From assembly GCA_973851085.1 (NCBI GenBank), contig OZ316776.1, positions 14,322,001 to 14,386,000 on the forward strand: DNA of 64,000 bases. The letters are read 5' to 3'. Position numbers and translations under genes: made by a program. Below the pieces are notes generated by a model, which had not been told where the DNA came from, did no database searches, and saw nothing but the letters and a program-made list of their open reading frames with translations. Below, one piece after another: positions 30,931-42,300 of the stretch. Every line of letters starts with the position of its first letter. Position 1 is the stretch's first letter. Origin of the DNA: Ptychomitrium polyphyllum (taxonomy: Eukaryota).

Positions 30931-32697
30931 CTAACCACTGGCGCCCAGAGCCGCACCAGATCTGACCACGACGCGTGAGGCCTCCAGCAACACATCCTCC
31001 TGCGCTACAAGAAAATCGTTTATGCTCTGCAGAACAAGGACAAGATGCTTGTGAGGAAAGTATAACGAACATTGGGTGAACAATACATTTGATAAAACAA
31101 TTTCCTGGCATCTAATGAAGGATTTATCTCAGGATGACCTGGTGCCTTACCATGGGTTTAAGGTTACAAGAAATGACGACGGTGAAAGAGGCCGCTCCCA
31201 CCTGAGAGACATGGCAGCGGGGTTTCTCGCCCTCCATGGATACCTTAGGATGAGAGTGCAGCATTGATCTTATTTCTGACGTTATCGTTGGTAGCTTCTC
31301 CAGAGACGTAAGTTTCACTGGCACATTCAATTCTAGTCCTCGTAAATTTGCTCGAGATCTGTTCACTATGACCTGCACCACACCATGTCAGCCATTTTAA
31401 TACTAAAATGAGTAAATATCAAAAAAGGAAGTGACGATTTTATAAATTATTGGAAACAAAGGGTTCAGCATACCTGGCTGGAGAAGAAGGAATTGGGCAC
31501 AATGGTTGGGAACTTGTCACGGTTCAGCATCTCCGTTGAGTGGAGACCAATTTCTACCACCTGACCATTCAAATCACCTGCCTGCATATCCAGAATGAGC
31601 ATAGTAAGTTCCGCAAAATTTCAATTCAAACTTATTAGACTAAATCCAAATGGTGCCAGAGATTGTTTCGGAAATGGATGGGAAACTCACGGTGATGTAA
31701 TCCCCTTCAGCGAAAGGCCGCGAGAACTGGATACCTAGTCCGCTCAGTAAATTCCCAAGTAAGTCCCGGGCCGCAAATGCTGTGGCCACTCCTGCAACAC
31801 ATTACACCATCTTCAGAACACTCCATTTTAATCTGCCAAGGACATGATAGTCTTAAGAAATTGGAATAAGGAGTGGTGTGAGAATTTTTGAACTAGTACC
31901 TCCAATTCCACCGACTGTAATCACCGATTGCACAGCCACACCGCATGACTCAGCAAACGCCATGCTACCCAGCACCAGCAATCCAATTGAGGAGAGACGG
32001 TCCATGGTTAGGTAACGCTCCCTGTCAGCCTTCTCCAGAACTTTTCCAGAAACAACCCGCGTGAACACATTCCTCTTGTACAGGTACAGAAACCATATCA
32101 AACTCATCACCGTCATCCCGCTTCGGATTTGAGACAGGTACTGCGCTCCTAAGGATTTGGGCGCAACCAAGTATCCTCTGCAATTTATTCCCAAAAGCGA
32201 ATGTCATAATTCAACACCAGAAAAAACAAAACAAAAAAATTCTGCCACATGTAACGCCATAAACGCTAAAAAGTCCTGATTCACTCAGAAACCAATTCCT
32301 CTGAAGCTAAAAATCTAAGAGCTTTCCAACAGGGTATACCAAAATTCATAGACTAAAATAAAAGACATGTGACATTCAGTTGAAATCCTTCATGACAACA
32401 AAGAAATAGTCTGGGGTAATCATTGAACACTCACAGATAACTGAAAGTCAGGGCACCGGCGTACAAGCGAGCAGGATCTTCGAGAGCCCCAAACACACTT
32501 TGCTGAAACGGCACAGCCTCCCCATACTCATGTCCCAGCATGCGCGCTTTCGGACCCGACTCCACATACCTATGCAATTTGCGCAACGCAGACGGCAGTA
32601 CCAGCCATGACGCCAACGACAACCCCACCGCCATGCTCCCCGGCAGCACAAAATCCATCAGGTTCGCTCTGCTCAACGCCTCCATAGCTCCCGCCAT
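30931..32697 (-). CDS. MscS-like mechanosensitive channel, MSL1-type, short form (~355 aa, no N-terminal presequence region)
   Basis: Exons 32697-32435, 32177-31900, 31791-31691, 31581-31474, 31372-31151, 31026-30931 (1068 nt, in phase). Motifs: pore helix GGIGGVATAFAARDLLGNLLSG, RPFAEGD, GQVVEIGLHST, VPNSFFSSQVIVNRSR. An in-frame TGA lies three codons upstream of the ATG. Confidence 0.9.
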
Positions 32698-33361
32698 TAA
32701 GTCTCACTCGACCTCCCTTCTGAACCAACGAGCCCGATACGCACCCAATTCCTCTACAAACCGCCAACCAATCTACTCTTCCGTCTGTTGGTCTCTCTCT
32801 ACTGAGCTCAAACCTGCAAGAACCACATTAAAACTTGAACCACAACAAAGCTTGAACCAAGGTGCCGACTCAGGGAATAATTCAACTGATTGAGTTCAGG
32901 AACTCGGTTCTAGAAAAAAAAAGTCAGGCATCTAAGAACAAAATCGTACAGTTTTGGCCGATCCCTCAACAAACCTCCTCTTTATCTCCAACCAACCTAG
33001 TACTCTTCAGTCTGTTGAGTGGTCTCTTTATGCTAAGCTGAAACCTACAGAATCCACAACAAAACTTGAACCTTGAACAAAGATACCGACCAAGAATAAT
33101 TTAACTTATCGATTCGACCTGGAACTGGATCGTCGTGAAAAAGCCCAAAAAGTGGTATGGAAATAAAAGGTGACAGTTTGAGTATCTGATTGTTAAGGAG
33201 TGGTGGCGAGGTTGTGTCAGTAACTGAGCATGAATTGGTTTGATTGAGTTCAAGTTGATGGTTTGACTTGGTTTTCGGTACTTGCATAGGGGTTGAGTTT
33301 GTTTCGGAAGGAGATGAGGTGGCGGGAGGGGGACTGGTCAGGAAGACCAGGTGGCAAGGAG

Positions 33362-33618
33362 TTACGTGGCAGGTGCCAGGAAGGCACTGTGGTGCATATT
33401 TTGGTACTGTTATTATTTGAATGCGACACGTGGATCATGTGGATGGGGATTTATTTTCTCCGGGCTGTGAAGTGGCAACGGTTCCCTCTGGTGTGCCACC
33501 TAAGTTAGTAAGCTCTTTGCTGTTCAAATAGAAAAAAAATCTCCATGGTAACGTGAGGGGAAGCGGTCATACCCCATACGCTGAACCTATATGTATATTT
33601 GGAGCTGCAACCACGTGT
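33362..33618. promoter_or_regulatory. ABRE/G-box cluster upstream of the short MSL gene
   Basis: TACGTGGC (33363-33370), GACACGTGG (33425-33433) and CCACGTGT (33611-33618). Confidence 0.5.
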
Positions 33619-36249
33619 GTCGCTGCAGGGAGCTGGGTCAGGTTACAAACAGCGACGAGGTCGTCGGAAGTATGGCACCACTAGATGTTGTTCAGTTTCT
33701 GTTCACTGGCAGGCGGCGCTCTTCAGTTGGGGTTTTGATATCATTTCTATGTCTTGCGACAGGAGTCATCGTGTTCTGCAAGTTTAGGGCTGAGGATTCC
33801 AGTGCACGGTGTAATGGAGGAGTTATGTGCACTCACCTTCAATCTTTGAATTTTAGGATGTGATGATGACACATCCAAAGAGGATTTTAGTTTAGAGGGG
33901 TATATAGATGGCATCCAATGATTTGAAAAAGATGTGTTGGATAAATGGTAAGGTATGGGGTTGGAGGATAGTGTTGTAAAATGGAGAATATTAAAATTTA
34001 GAATTCCTAAACATACCCATGAAAGCTATCATGGATGTGTTAGGTTGCTTTGGCAAAGTGTAGCAATTTGTACAATTAGAATGAGAAAGAGAGAGAATGT
34101 TAAAGGAGGAAACAATGATAGTTGCACAAGAGGTAGTAATTGTGATGAGTCAAAATCAACAAAAAGGAGGCAATTTTATCTAGCCAAGTGCACATGTTGA
34201 TGGACTTTGTACAAAGGTGAATTATTGTTGCCCCTACCTTGTTTTATATCAATGTGTAACTCATGTTTTTGTTTAAGTGGATGTTAATTTAGCAAAGTTG
34301 ACTTATTAGTTAGACATGGCTCAAAAGTGGTCTTTTACGTACAAGATAAGATGGACAAACAAACAAGTTTGTGGACAAATATGTGTAAAACAACAAATTT
34401 GATTATATTTGGGATTTTCTTATCAAACAAACATGGTTCAAAAGTTGTCTTTATTAGATTGGACAAATGCACAAGTTTGCCTTGATGTTTGTAGGGGACA
34501 AGCTTGTATAAAAACTTAATACTTGTTGATTTTTTGAATTTATATTTTACCTTAAATTACTTGTTTTTTATGACATGGCAAAAAAAACTCCATGTGGGTA
34601 TTTACATTGCATTCCCCCTCTTCCACTTGTGCTCCTTCTTTCCTTACTCGCATCCCAACCTTGTCCATACACCTCCACAAGCGTTTAGCTAAGACTGCTT
34701 ATATGGTAGCCACGTGGTATACTATATGGACAAAATAAGTCTAATTTTACTTCACCAAAGGTCAAACTATAGTTGACCATTATCAAACAAATATGGAGCT
34801 TATTGGATGTTTGGATGGATATATAGATGTAAAGAGGCAAATGGAAGGAATTATGGTATGGAAGTCCATGGATAAAGAACAAACACTTGCAAGTATGATG
34901 GGGGTGTGGTATTAGGTGGCTAAAGGTGGAGGCAAGGTGGCCTAACAAGGTGGACAAAATAAAAGTTTAAATTACTTTAGCAAATATTGTAAGATATACT
35001 AATGCTTGGTTTATTTTGAATATAAAAGGTCCATGTGTAAATTTGTGGTCTTAATGCTATTCAATAAATAACCATGTTTTATAGTTTAGGACAATATTAT
35101 AAAATAAGTGAATGATATGTATTACTTCAATACTTATAATTGGTGAATAAGAATTTTAAAAATTATTAGTTGGATTATAACACTTGGACAAGCTACAAAT
35201 CCATTTGAAAATCCTAGGTTTCAACTATTTGATAGGAGAAAAGCTTCATAAATAAATCCATATCCCTATTTAATATTAACTAAAATAATCATTATTAAAT
35301 AGTGCATTCTTTTGCTCTTTGAAAGAGTGCATTAATATTGTCCATTAGATGTGCAATTACATTCATTGATTGTGATGGAGAACATTGTGAATAATATAAT
35401 TTGGAGTAGAAGACTAATTTCCATTGAAATGGATTCTTTATAGCCATTGATAGTAATAAAAAAAATCCATACAAATTTCAAGTCAATTGGTGTAAAAGGG
35501 TATAAATAAATCTAAATAAGGATTTAGATGATGAATCAATTGTTACATATGGCTTCCTTGCAAATCTAAGGCATAATTTAAACTACTTTGCCAATGTATG
35601 TAAAATGATACATCCTTAACGATGCTCCATAATATCCTATAAACACCAATTAACATTATTACTCATACAAATTGAATGTCAAATCTTCAAGTGAACATAG
35701 CACAACCATGTAATAATTAGGTCCAAAGCTTGCAATATTATTATAAATCTTTAACGCTTTTGGAATTTTAATTGTGAATTCATTTTATTCCTTTTGATTT
35801 TTAGATTTCCATGCTATAATAATAGAATTTGTGTATACCAAAATCTAAACTTGGCATGTCTACCAATTCCATTATATCCACCAAAATGTGATTTAATTTG
35901 TAGAAAGTTTTTTTTTTTTTTTTCTCTAGTTATGTTATTAGATCCTTTTCTTTTAATGGCCCTAATACCTTTTCAAATGGTAGCTCAAGGATCCATGGAT
36001 TGCCAGATTTTTTATCACCAATCGGTAATTACAATCACATGAATGGATCAAAGGCCCTCTCTTTGAACTAGAATTGAACTTACATCATCATATTTGGCCT
36101 AGCCCTATAAATTAGGTTGTATTTTATGGTTTCTAAATTGTGCATGTAGATCAAATTATTTTTCCTAGTTCATCACTTTAAAAACAAATTAAATTAGATT
36201 TTCTTATTAATGATCTATAAGTCATATTGTTTTTTATGGGTGTACTATC

Positions 36250-38800
36250 TAAACATCCTATCTCTTCGACTGCGTCAAAAAAAAGAAAGTGAAGCAGTTC
36301 TTTGCTTTTGTGCAGTGCACCACAAGTGCTCTTCAAATTGAATCTTCCCAACTCTCCATTGTCATTGGCTTTTTGAATCTCATATTTTTTAATGTCTTTG
36401 TATTTCATGGCACGTGTCATTAGACAACAATATTAGGCTTTTATAGTGTTGGCATCTTTTAATCATTATTCAAGACCAAGGTGGCATGCGCAATCTTCAC
36501 TAGGTGTAAGTCTCCATCATCATGCTAAATAGCTACAAAATACCCTTTATACAAATTTTTTGAGATTCTAAAAGATGATTGTTGGAAATCATGGATTTAT
36601 CTAACAAAATGTTTATCCTTGACATATTCTTCATGGATGTTTCTTTTTGTGACATGTTTTGATCTTCAAAATTTGGTGCAAACTAATATATAGGCTAAAA
36701 TCCAATTTGAAGAGTGCTACTTGGCTCAAAGGGAAGAATCACAGTGGATTTCAAAGCATATTAATAATAGATTAGATGCTCATAACATTGTCTGTTTTTT
36801 TAAGTCCAATCTTCTTCGACCATGCTCTCCTAGTACACAATGAATCTAACAATTTTCTTTATGATCTTCTCAAGATTCTTCATAAGCTTAGGTTGAAGTG
36901 TAAGAAGACTATTGTTTGGAAGAATGGATTTTTTACTATAGTCTTATATTCACAACTTGATTTTAGTTCTAGACAAAGGTAGCCAATTGATATCCGTGCA
37001 ATATATCTTGTATTGAATCTAAATGAATTCTATTTATTCTCCACTTCATTGAAAAAATGTTGGACTTTAAAAGATTCATTGGAAGTGGGATGGTTGAAAA
37101 TTTATTTTGCTTCAATTGCATATTCCATCTTCCAAACAACACATTAATGTTGTCATATGTGTAACCAATCAACCTCAAAAAAATGTACACTTTTCAAAAA
37201 AATCCCTTTTTCACAAGAAGGGCTAAAAATAGATTACAAAGTGGTTCTTGTTGTCCAAAACAACATTATCAAGTTGAACAAGTAATAGCGGCAAAGGTGT
37301 GGCCCCTGCTCTTGTTTCTTGGAGAAGAAGTAAGAATGTTAGATACGCCTTGGCATTATTAAAAAGAGCCAGATACAATGGCATTAATTTAAAGTCCTAA
37401 AAGTACTTCCATGAAGAGGAAATTAGAGGCTTTTTTAAATCTTAGAATAGCTTTGCAAGTGAAGCAATAATATGATGAACATCCTTTGTATATATGTCAC
37501 AACCATTATGAGCATATGCAAGTCGTTATCGGCATATAAAATGTTGCCATGTCAATGTACAATCATTCCATTGACTTGGAGTAGTGTTTCATGAATTTTT
37601 CCAATGATTTTATTTTTTGAAAGAAACATGGAGATATAGTTTTGCGTGGTCCATCTTGTTATGAATGATCATCACACATTCCGCTAGATATATATTAGAG
37701 CTGTGCCTATTTGCATAATAATGATTTTTGTGGGCTCTTTTCATAATCAAATGATTGCTCAACTTTTGAGCACAGAAATTTTTTGATTGTAAACCTAGAA
37801 TTGAAGCTTTATTCCAAAGATTTGTACTAATTGCAAATGACAAAATGATCATCTAGTAAAATTGTTCCTAAATTGCTTTGCATTTTAATGGGTGAAATTA
37901 TCTTTTTGTACCTAACTCAAATTAAATGAAGAAATATCATTAAATCCATATTTCTAATTCCCCTTATTCATATAAGAAAGGAAATCCACCTACTTCTACA
38001 ACAAAGACAACAACATTGAAACCATCTTCTTTCTAAAAATCAAGGACTTGGATATATAAGGCATGTGATTTATAATCTTTTAAAGAAAATATCTTAAGAT
38101 TGTCGTTGCTTATAATATCTGCTATTGCGGCTTCTTTAATTTCAAATTCTTGTAGACACCGATCCGTATATCAACCTTTCTCAACTTAGTGCATTTATAG
38201 AATAAGATTTTTGACACTTTCAAAATAAGCCTCCATGCTACCAAGTACACATCAATGCTTTCTAACATGACAATTTCATTTCCATGAAAGTCGTGATGGA
38301 TTTGCTTGTCGACATCCAATTGCTTGCTTAAATTGAAATTCAGAAGACCTATATATGCAATGCCGCAAGGCTGCAATCTTTTAGCAATAATATGTCTATA
38401 CATGATTATTTTTACAACATACTTGACTCAGTATAGAATTGATGTTTTTGACTATGAGTAGTTTTTTAAATTTAGGTGTTGTTAGAACTATAAGGACTTG
38501 TATAATATAAGTATATGATTGAAGTGTTCCACAATTGTTTGCACAATGTTGCCATCTTTGGTGGTCATTATAAATGTGACGGTGCTTATAGTCATAAAAG
38601 CTTATGCTATTGTAAAACAATTGCTTTAAAAGCCAAGTTCAAATCAAAATCTCTATACATTTGAAATCTCATTATTTTTAGGTTCTTAGAGATTTGAATG
38701 CCTACTTGATGATTACCAAGAGGCCAACAACCACCAATTAAGTTAGAACTAACACTAACATAGATTCTTTTAGCAATTAGAGATTCAAAATAAGTTGTGC
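36250..38800 (-). mobile_element. Decayed Sola-like (DUF7869-type) DDD transposase ORF
   Basis: Across stops and frameshifts: RAHKNHYYANR, CVMIIHNKMDHAK, GMIVH*HGNILYA, LLLVQLDNVVLDNKNHFV, VKKGIF*KVYIFLRLIGYTYDNINVLFGRW, FSTIPL and KGYFVAI*. These match from memory the IHDKMDH / QLDN..NKN / GHTHEDID..F pattern of this family. Confidence 0.6.
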
Positions 38801-38886
38801 AAAGTAACACATTTCAAGATCCATCAATATTAAGGAAAATCTTCACAATGAGGAAGGAATTGATCCATACCTTTTATTGTACCACT

Positions 38887-39341
38887 TGTTAGGGACACAA
38901 GAAATTAGAAGAAGAAACAAAGTGTTCCCAAAGAATTAGCTTTCAAGGAGCTAATGATTAACAAGAACTTGATACAAAGACTTGAACAAGGTAGGATTCA
39001 AGATGATCCATAACTTATGTTGGCAAGATTAAGGAATACCTTGTCTTGCCTCCTATTTGTACTATGACGTTTGTATCTTCTAGGATACTTCTAAAGAAGC
39101 TTCCTACAAGGCTTAAGAATGTTCTCAAAATCTAAGGAACCTTCCTTGGAAATTTCCTAAGGTAGTTGAAACTTCTTAGGAAGTTTACTAAAGAGATAGA
39201 ACCTTCCTAGGAAATTTCACAAGGTGGAAGAACATGGAAAGGCTATAGAAATATTTAAAGTATTTTAAGAAGCTATTGTAGTATATTAGAAGGTTCTAGA
39301 GTGTTCTAAAGATTATGTTTGCATGATCTATGTGCATGACA
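38887..39341 (-). repeat. 3' LTR (455 bp, ~3 internal 31-bp repeat units)
   Basis: Aligns by eye to 44727-45371, 51365-51896 and 58200-58666. Confidence 0.9.
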
Positions 39342-42300
39342 TCACCTCTTCATTTAGCGACGAGTCCCATGAGGAGCTCTTTTCTTGGCTTGCTTATCAC
39401 ATTTCCACAAATTCCAAAATTTGTCGAAAGAGTGAAGCAACATGTTATTTTCATTCTTCTTTGTCCATTGGTTCAACTGATCCTTGCAAGAAACGCCAAT
39501 GACCACCAGCCAAGACTTCTGTTGTTGAAATGTCCCATCCCAAGATCTGATCTTGATTAAGTCCTTCAAAACATCCTCCAAACAAGATCTTGGGTCCTCC
39601 AAGAATGACTCTTCCAATTTCTAACAAAATGACTAGAGCGCGAGCATTTGAATCAAGACTGGAATATGAAGGGCAACTAGCCAGTATTCTACACAAGGTC
39701 GTACTCAATGTTGGAATGTCCCTCTCATATCTTGGCTTAGATCCTCCATTACCAAAGGCTGAGAAAGTTGAGTTGGCTCAACAGATGTTGTTGTTGATGA
39801 AAGTATAGCCGACTGCTCTTCACGCATATTCATGATAACACAAAGATTTGACATCTTAGCTAGGATCTAAAAATGATTTATCTTGGAAATAATGCTGCAT
39901 ATAATTGGAGGTTTGGATATCTCTCCTCCCTTCTTATGCTTGTCTATGAAGGAAAAACCTCTCTGTGAAGCTAACGGCTACTAATGAGACATCATCACAG
40001 ACTTGGTTTCTGAGGATATCTTTGATGAAATTTGCGTACCTTCTTGGATGCATTTGTTACATTTGTTGAAGGTTCCCATGTTCGGTCATTGATGCCATAT
40101 CCTTGCCAATGTATAAAATACTCCACACATCCATTCTTGGTGCGTGAATCTAAGATCTCTTCCACTTCATATTCAATTTCATTATTGATTTCCAATAGAG
40201 GAGGCGGAGGAACAATTCCATTTGGAATACATGATTTGTTTTAGGTTTCCAACAACGATACGTGGAATACTGGATGAATTTGCATGCTTGGTGGTAGCTT
40301 TAGACAATAACTAACCAGATTTATCAGTTTGTTCATTTCAAGCGGTCTCAGCCTTTAATAGTCCAACTTCTTTCATGATCTTTTTGTTTGTTCATTTTGT
40401 CATAGAAGCCATACGCTATTTCCAACCTTGAAATTTGGATGGTCTTTTCGATGGCAATCTGCATAAGTTTTGTAACGATATTGAGCTTGTTGAAATTGCA
40501 AAGTAATTTCTTGATGGATTTTAGCAAGTTGAATTGCAAAATCCTGTGCTGCAGGACTTCCAACATGCTTCACTTGAAATGGATCTGCTCGAGGATGATG
40601 GCCATAGTTTGCAAAGAATGGACTTTGACTTGTTGAAAAATGCACCGTATTGTTGTAAGCAAATTCTGCCAAAGGCAAGAGGTCCATCCAGTTGTCTTGC
40701 TGGTAGTTTATGCTACAACAAAGGTACTCCTCCAAAATTTGATTCACATGTTTGGTTTGGCCATCAGTTTGCGGATGGTGTGCTAAGAAAATGTTGATCT
40801 TTACGTGCAACAGCTGGAATAGAGCCCTTCAAAAGTTGGAAATGAACTGCGGCCCTCGATCGGATACAATATCATCTGGTAGTCCATGTATGCGGTAGAC
40901 GTGATTTAGGAACAACTTGGCAGTTTCTTCTTCCATTACCGTCTTGTTGCATGGAATGAAATGTGCCATTTTGGTAAATCAATCTACCACTACCAAAATA
41001 GAATCCTTAGAATTGGAATTTGGAAGGTCCGTGATAAAATCCATTAACAAAGATAACCATGGGCCCTTTGGCACTGGAAGCGGATGGAGGAGACCATGAG
41101 ATTAGTGTCTTGATACCTTGACTCTTGTACAAAGTCCTTCAATCAAACGAAGTCCTTCACGTACTTCTACATTTGTGGCCACCAATAGTCTCCAGCAATC
41201 AATTCCATTGTTTTATTGAATCCAAAATGTCCAACTGCTGGAAAATCATGACGTGCTTGAAGGATCTTCAACCGCAAAGGGCCTGGAGGTAGGTACAAAA
41301 GTCCTTTATAATAAAGTAGGCCTTCTTTGAATTCAAAATCCTCATCGCTATTTGAAGGATGTCCATTGTTTTTGAGGCGCTTTCTTATATTTGAAACAAA
41401 GACATCATTTCTTCAAAGCCTTCCAAATTTCGTCAAGATGAGATGTTGTAATAATTGCTGATTTCAATTGAAGATTCTCTGACTTCAATAAAATAGTCCT
41501 TTGTTGATCCAAAATATCATCTCCAGATTGGGGAGCTAAATAAATTCTTTGAGATAAGGCATCTAACTCATCTTGTAAGCTATCAGGTCGATAGGTATTA
41601 ACAAAGTCAAATTTGGAAAGCGACATACTTCATCTTGCGTGACAGCAATTCAAAACGTGCGCATTCATGAAATACTCCAAGTTCTTGTGGTCTGTATGTA
41701 TCGTGATGGTATGTTGAGCTCCTTCCAACAAGTGTCGCCATTCCTCAAACGCATCCACAATTGCAAGTAGTTTTTTATCATGTAAATTATAGTTGATTTC
41801 TGCCGCTGAAAACTTCATTGAACAAATGGCAAGAAAGTAAAGTCTCATGTCTTCATCATATTGTGAGAATATAGAGTGAAGCGCAAAATCTGAGGCATCT
41901 GCTTCCAAATAAAAAGGCTTTGATAAATTTGGATGAATAAAGATTGGAGCCAATGTGAATGACTTTTTAAAACTTTGAAATGCTTTTTCCGCCTCTTCAT
42001 TCCAAATGAATTTTGGCTTCCCCATAAGACATGTTAATGGTGCTGCAATCTTGGAATAATCCTTTATAAATATCCTGTAGAAGTTTGCAAATCCCAAGAA
42101 GCATTGAACATCTCGACTTGATTTTGGCGTACTCCACTCCATGACAATGCTTATTTTCTTCTTATCCATGTGGATTCTTCCTTTAGTTATGATGTAGCCT
42201 AAAAATTTAACCGATGATTCATGGAAAAGGCACCTCTTCAATTTAGCATATAATCTTTGTTGGCATAGTTTTTCTAAGATAAGTCGCACATGACATTTGT

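Noticed and set aside
35300..36200. Possible PIF/Harbinger nuclease relic
   Set aside because: No convincing DG(T/S)H or GDxxY motif could be read.
37250..38700. Apparent RecQ helicase motifs (IMTTKDG/TLCKQL, GCDIYTKDVHHII, QETRAG) on the minus strand
   Set aside because: The matches are short and need arbitrary frameshifts. The same stretch fits the ordered Sola/DUF7869-type motifs much better.
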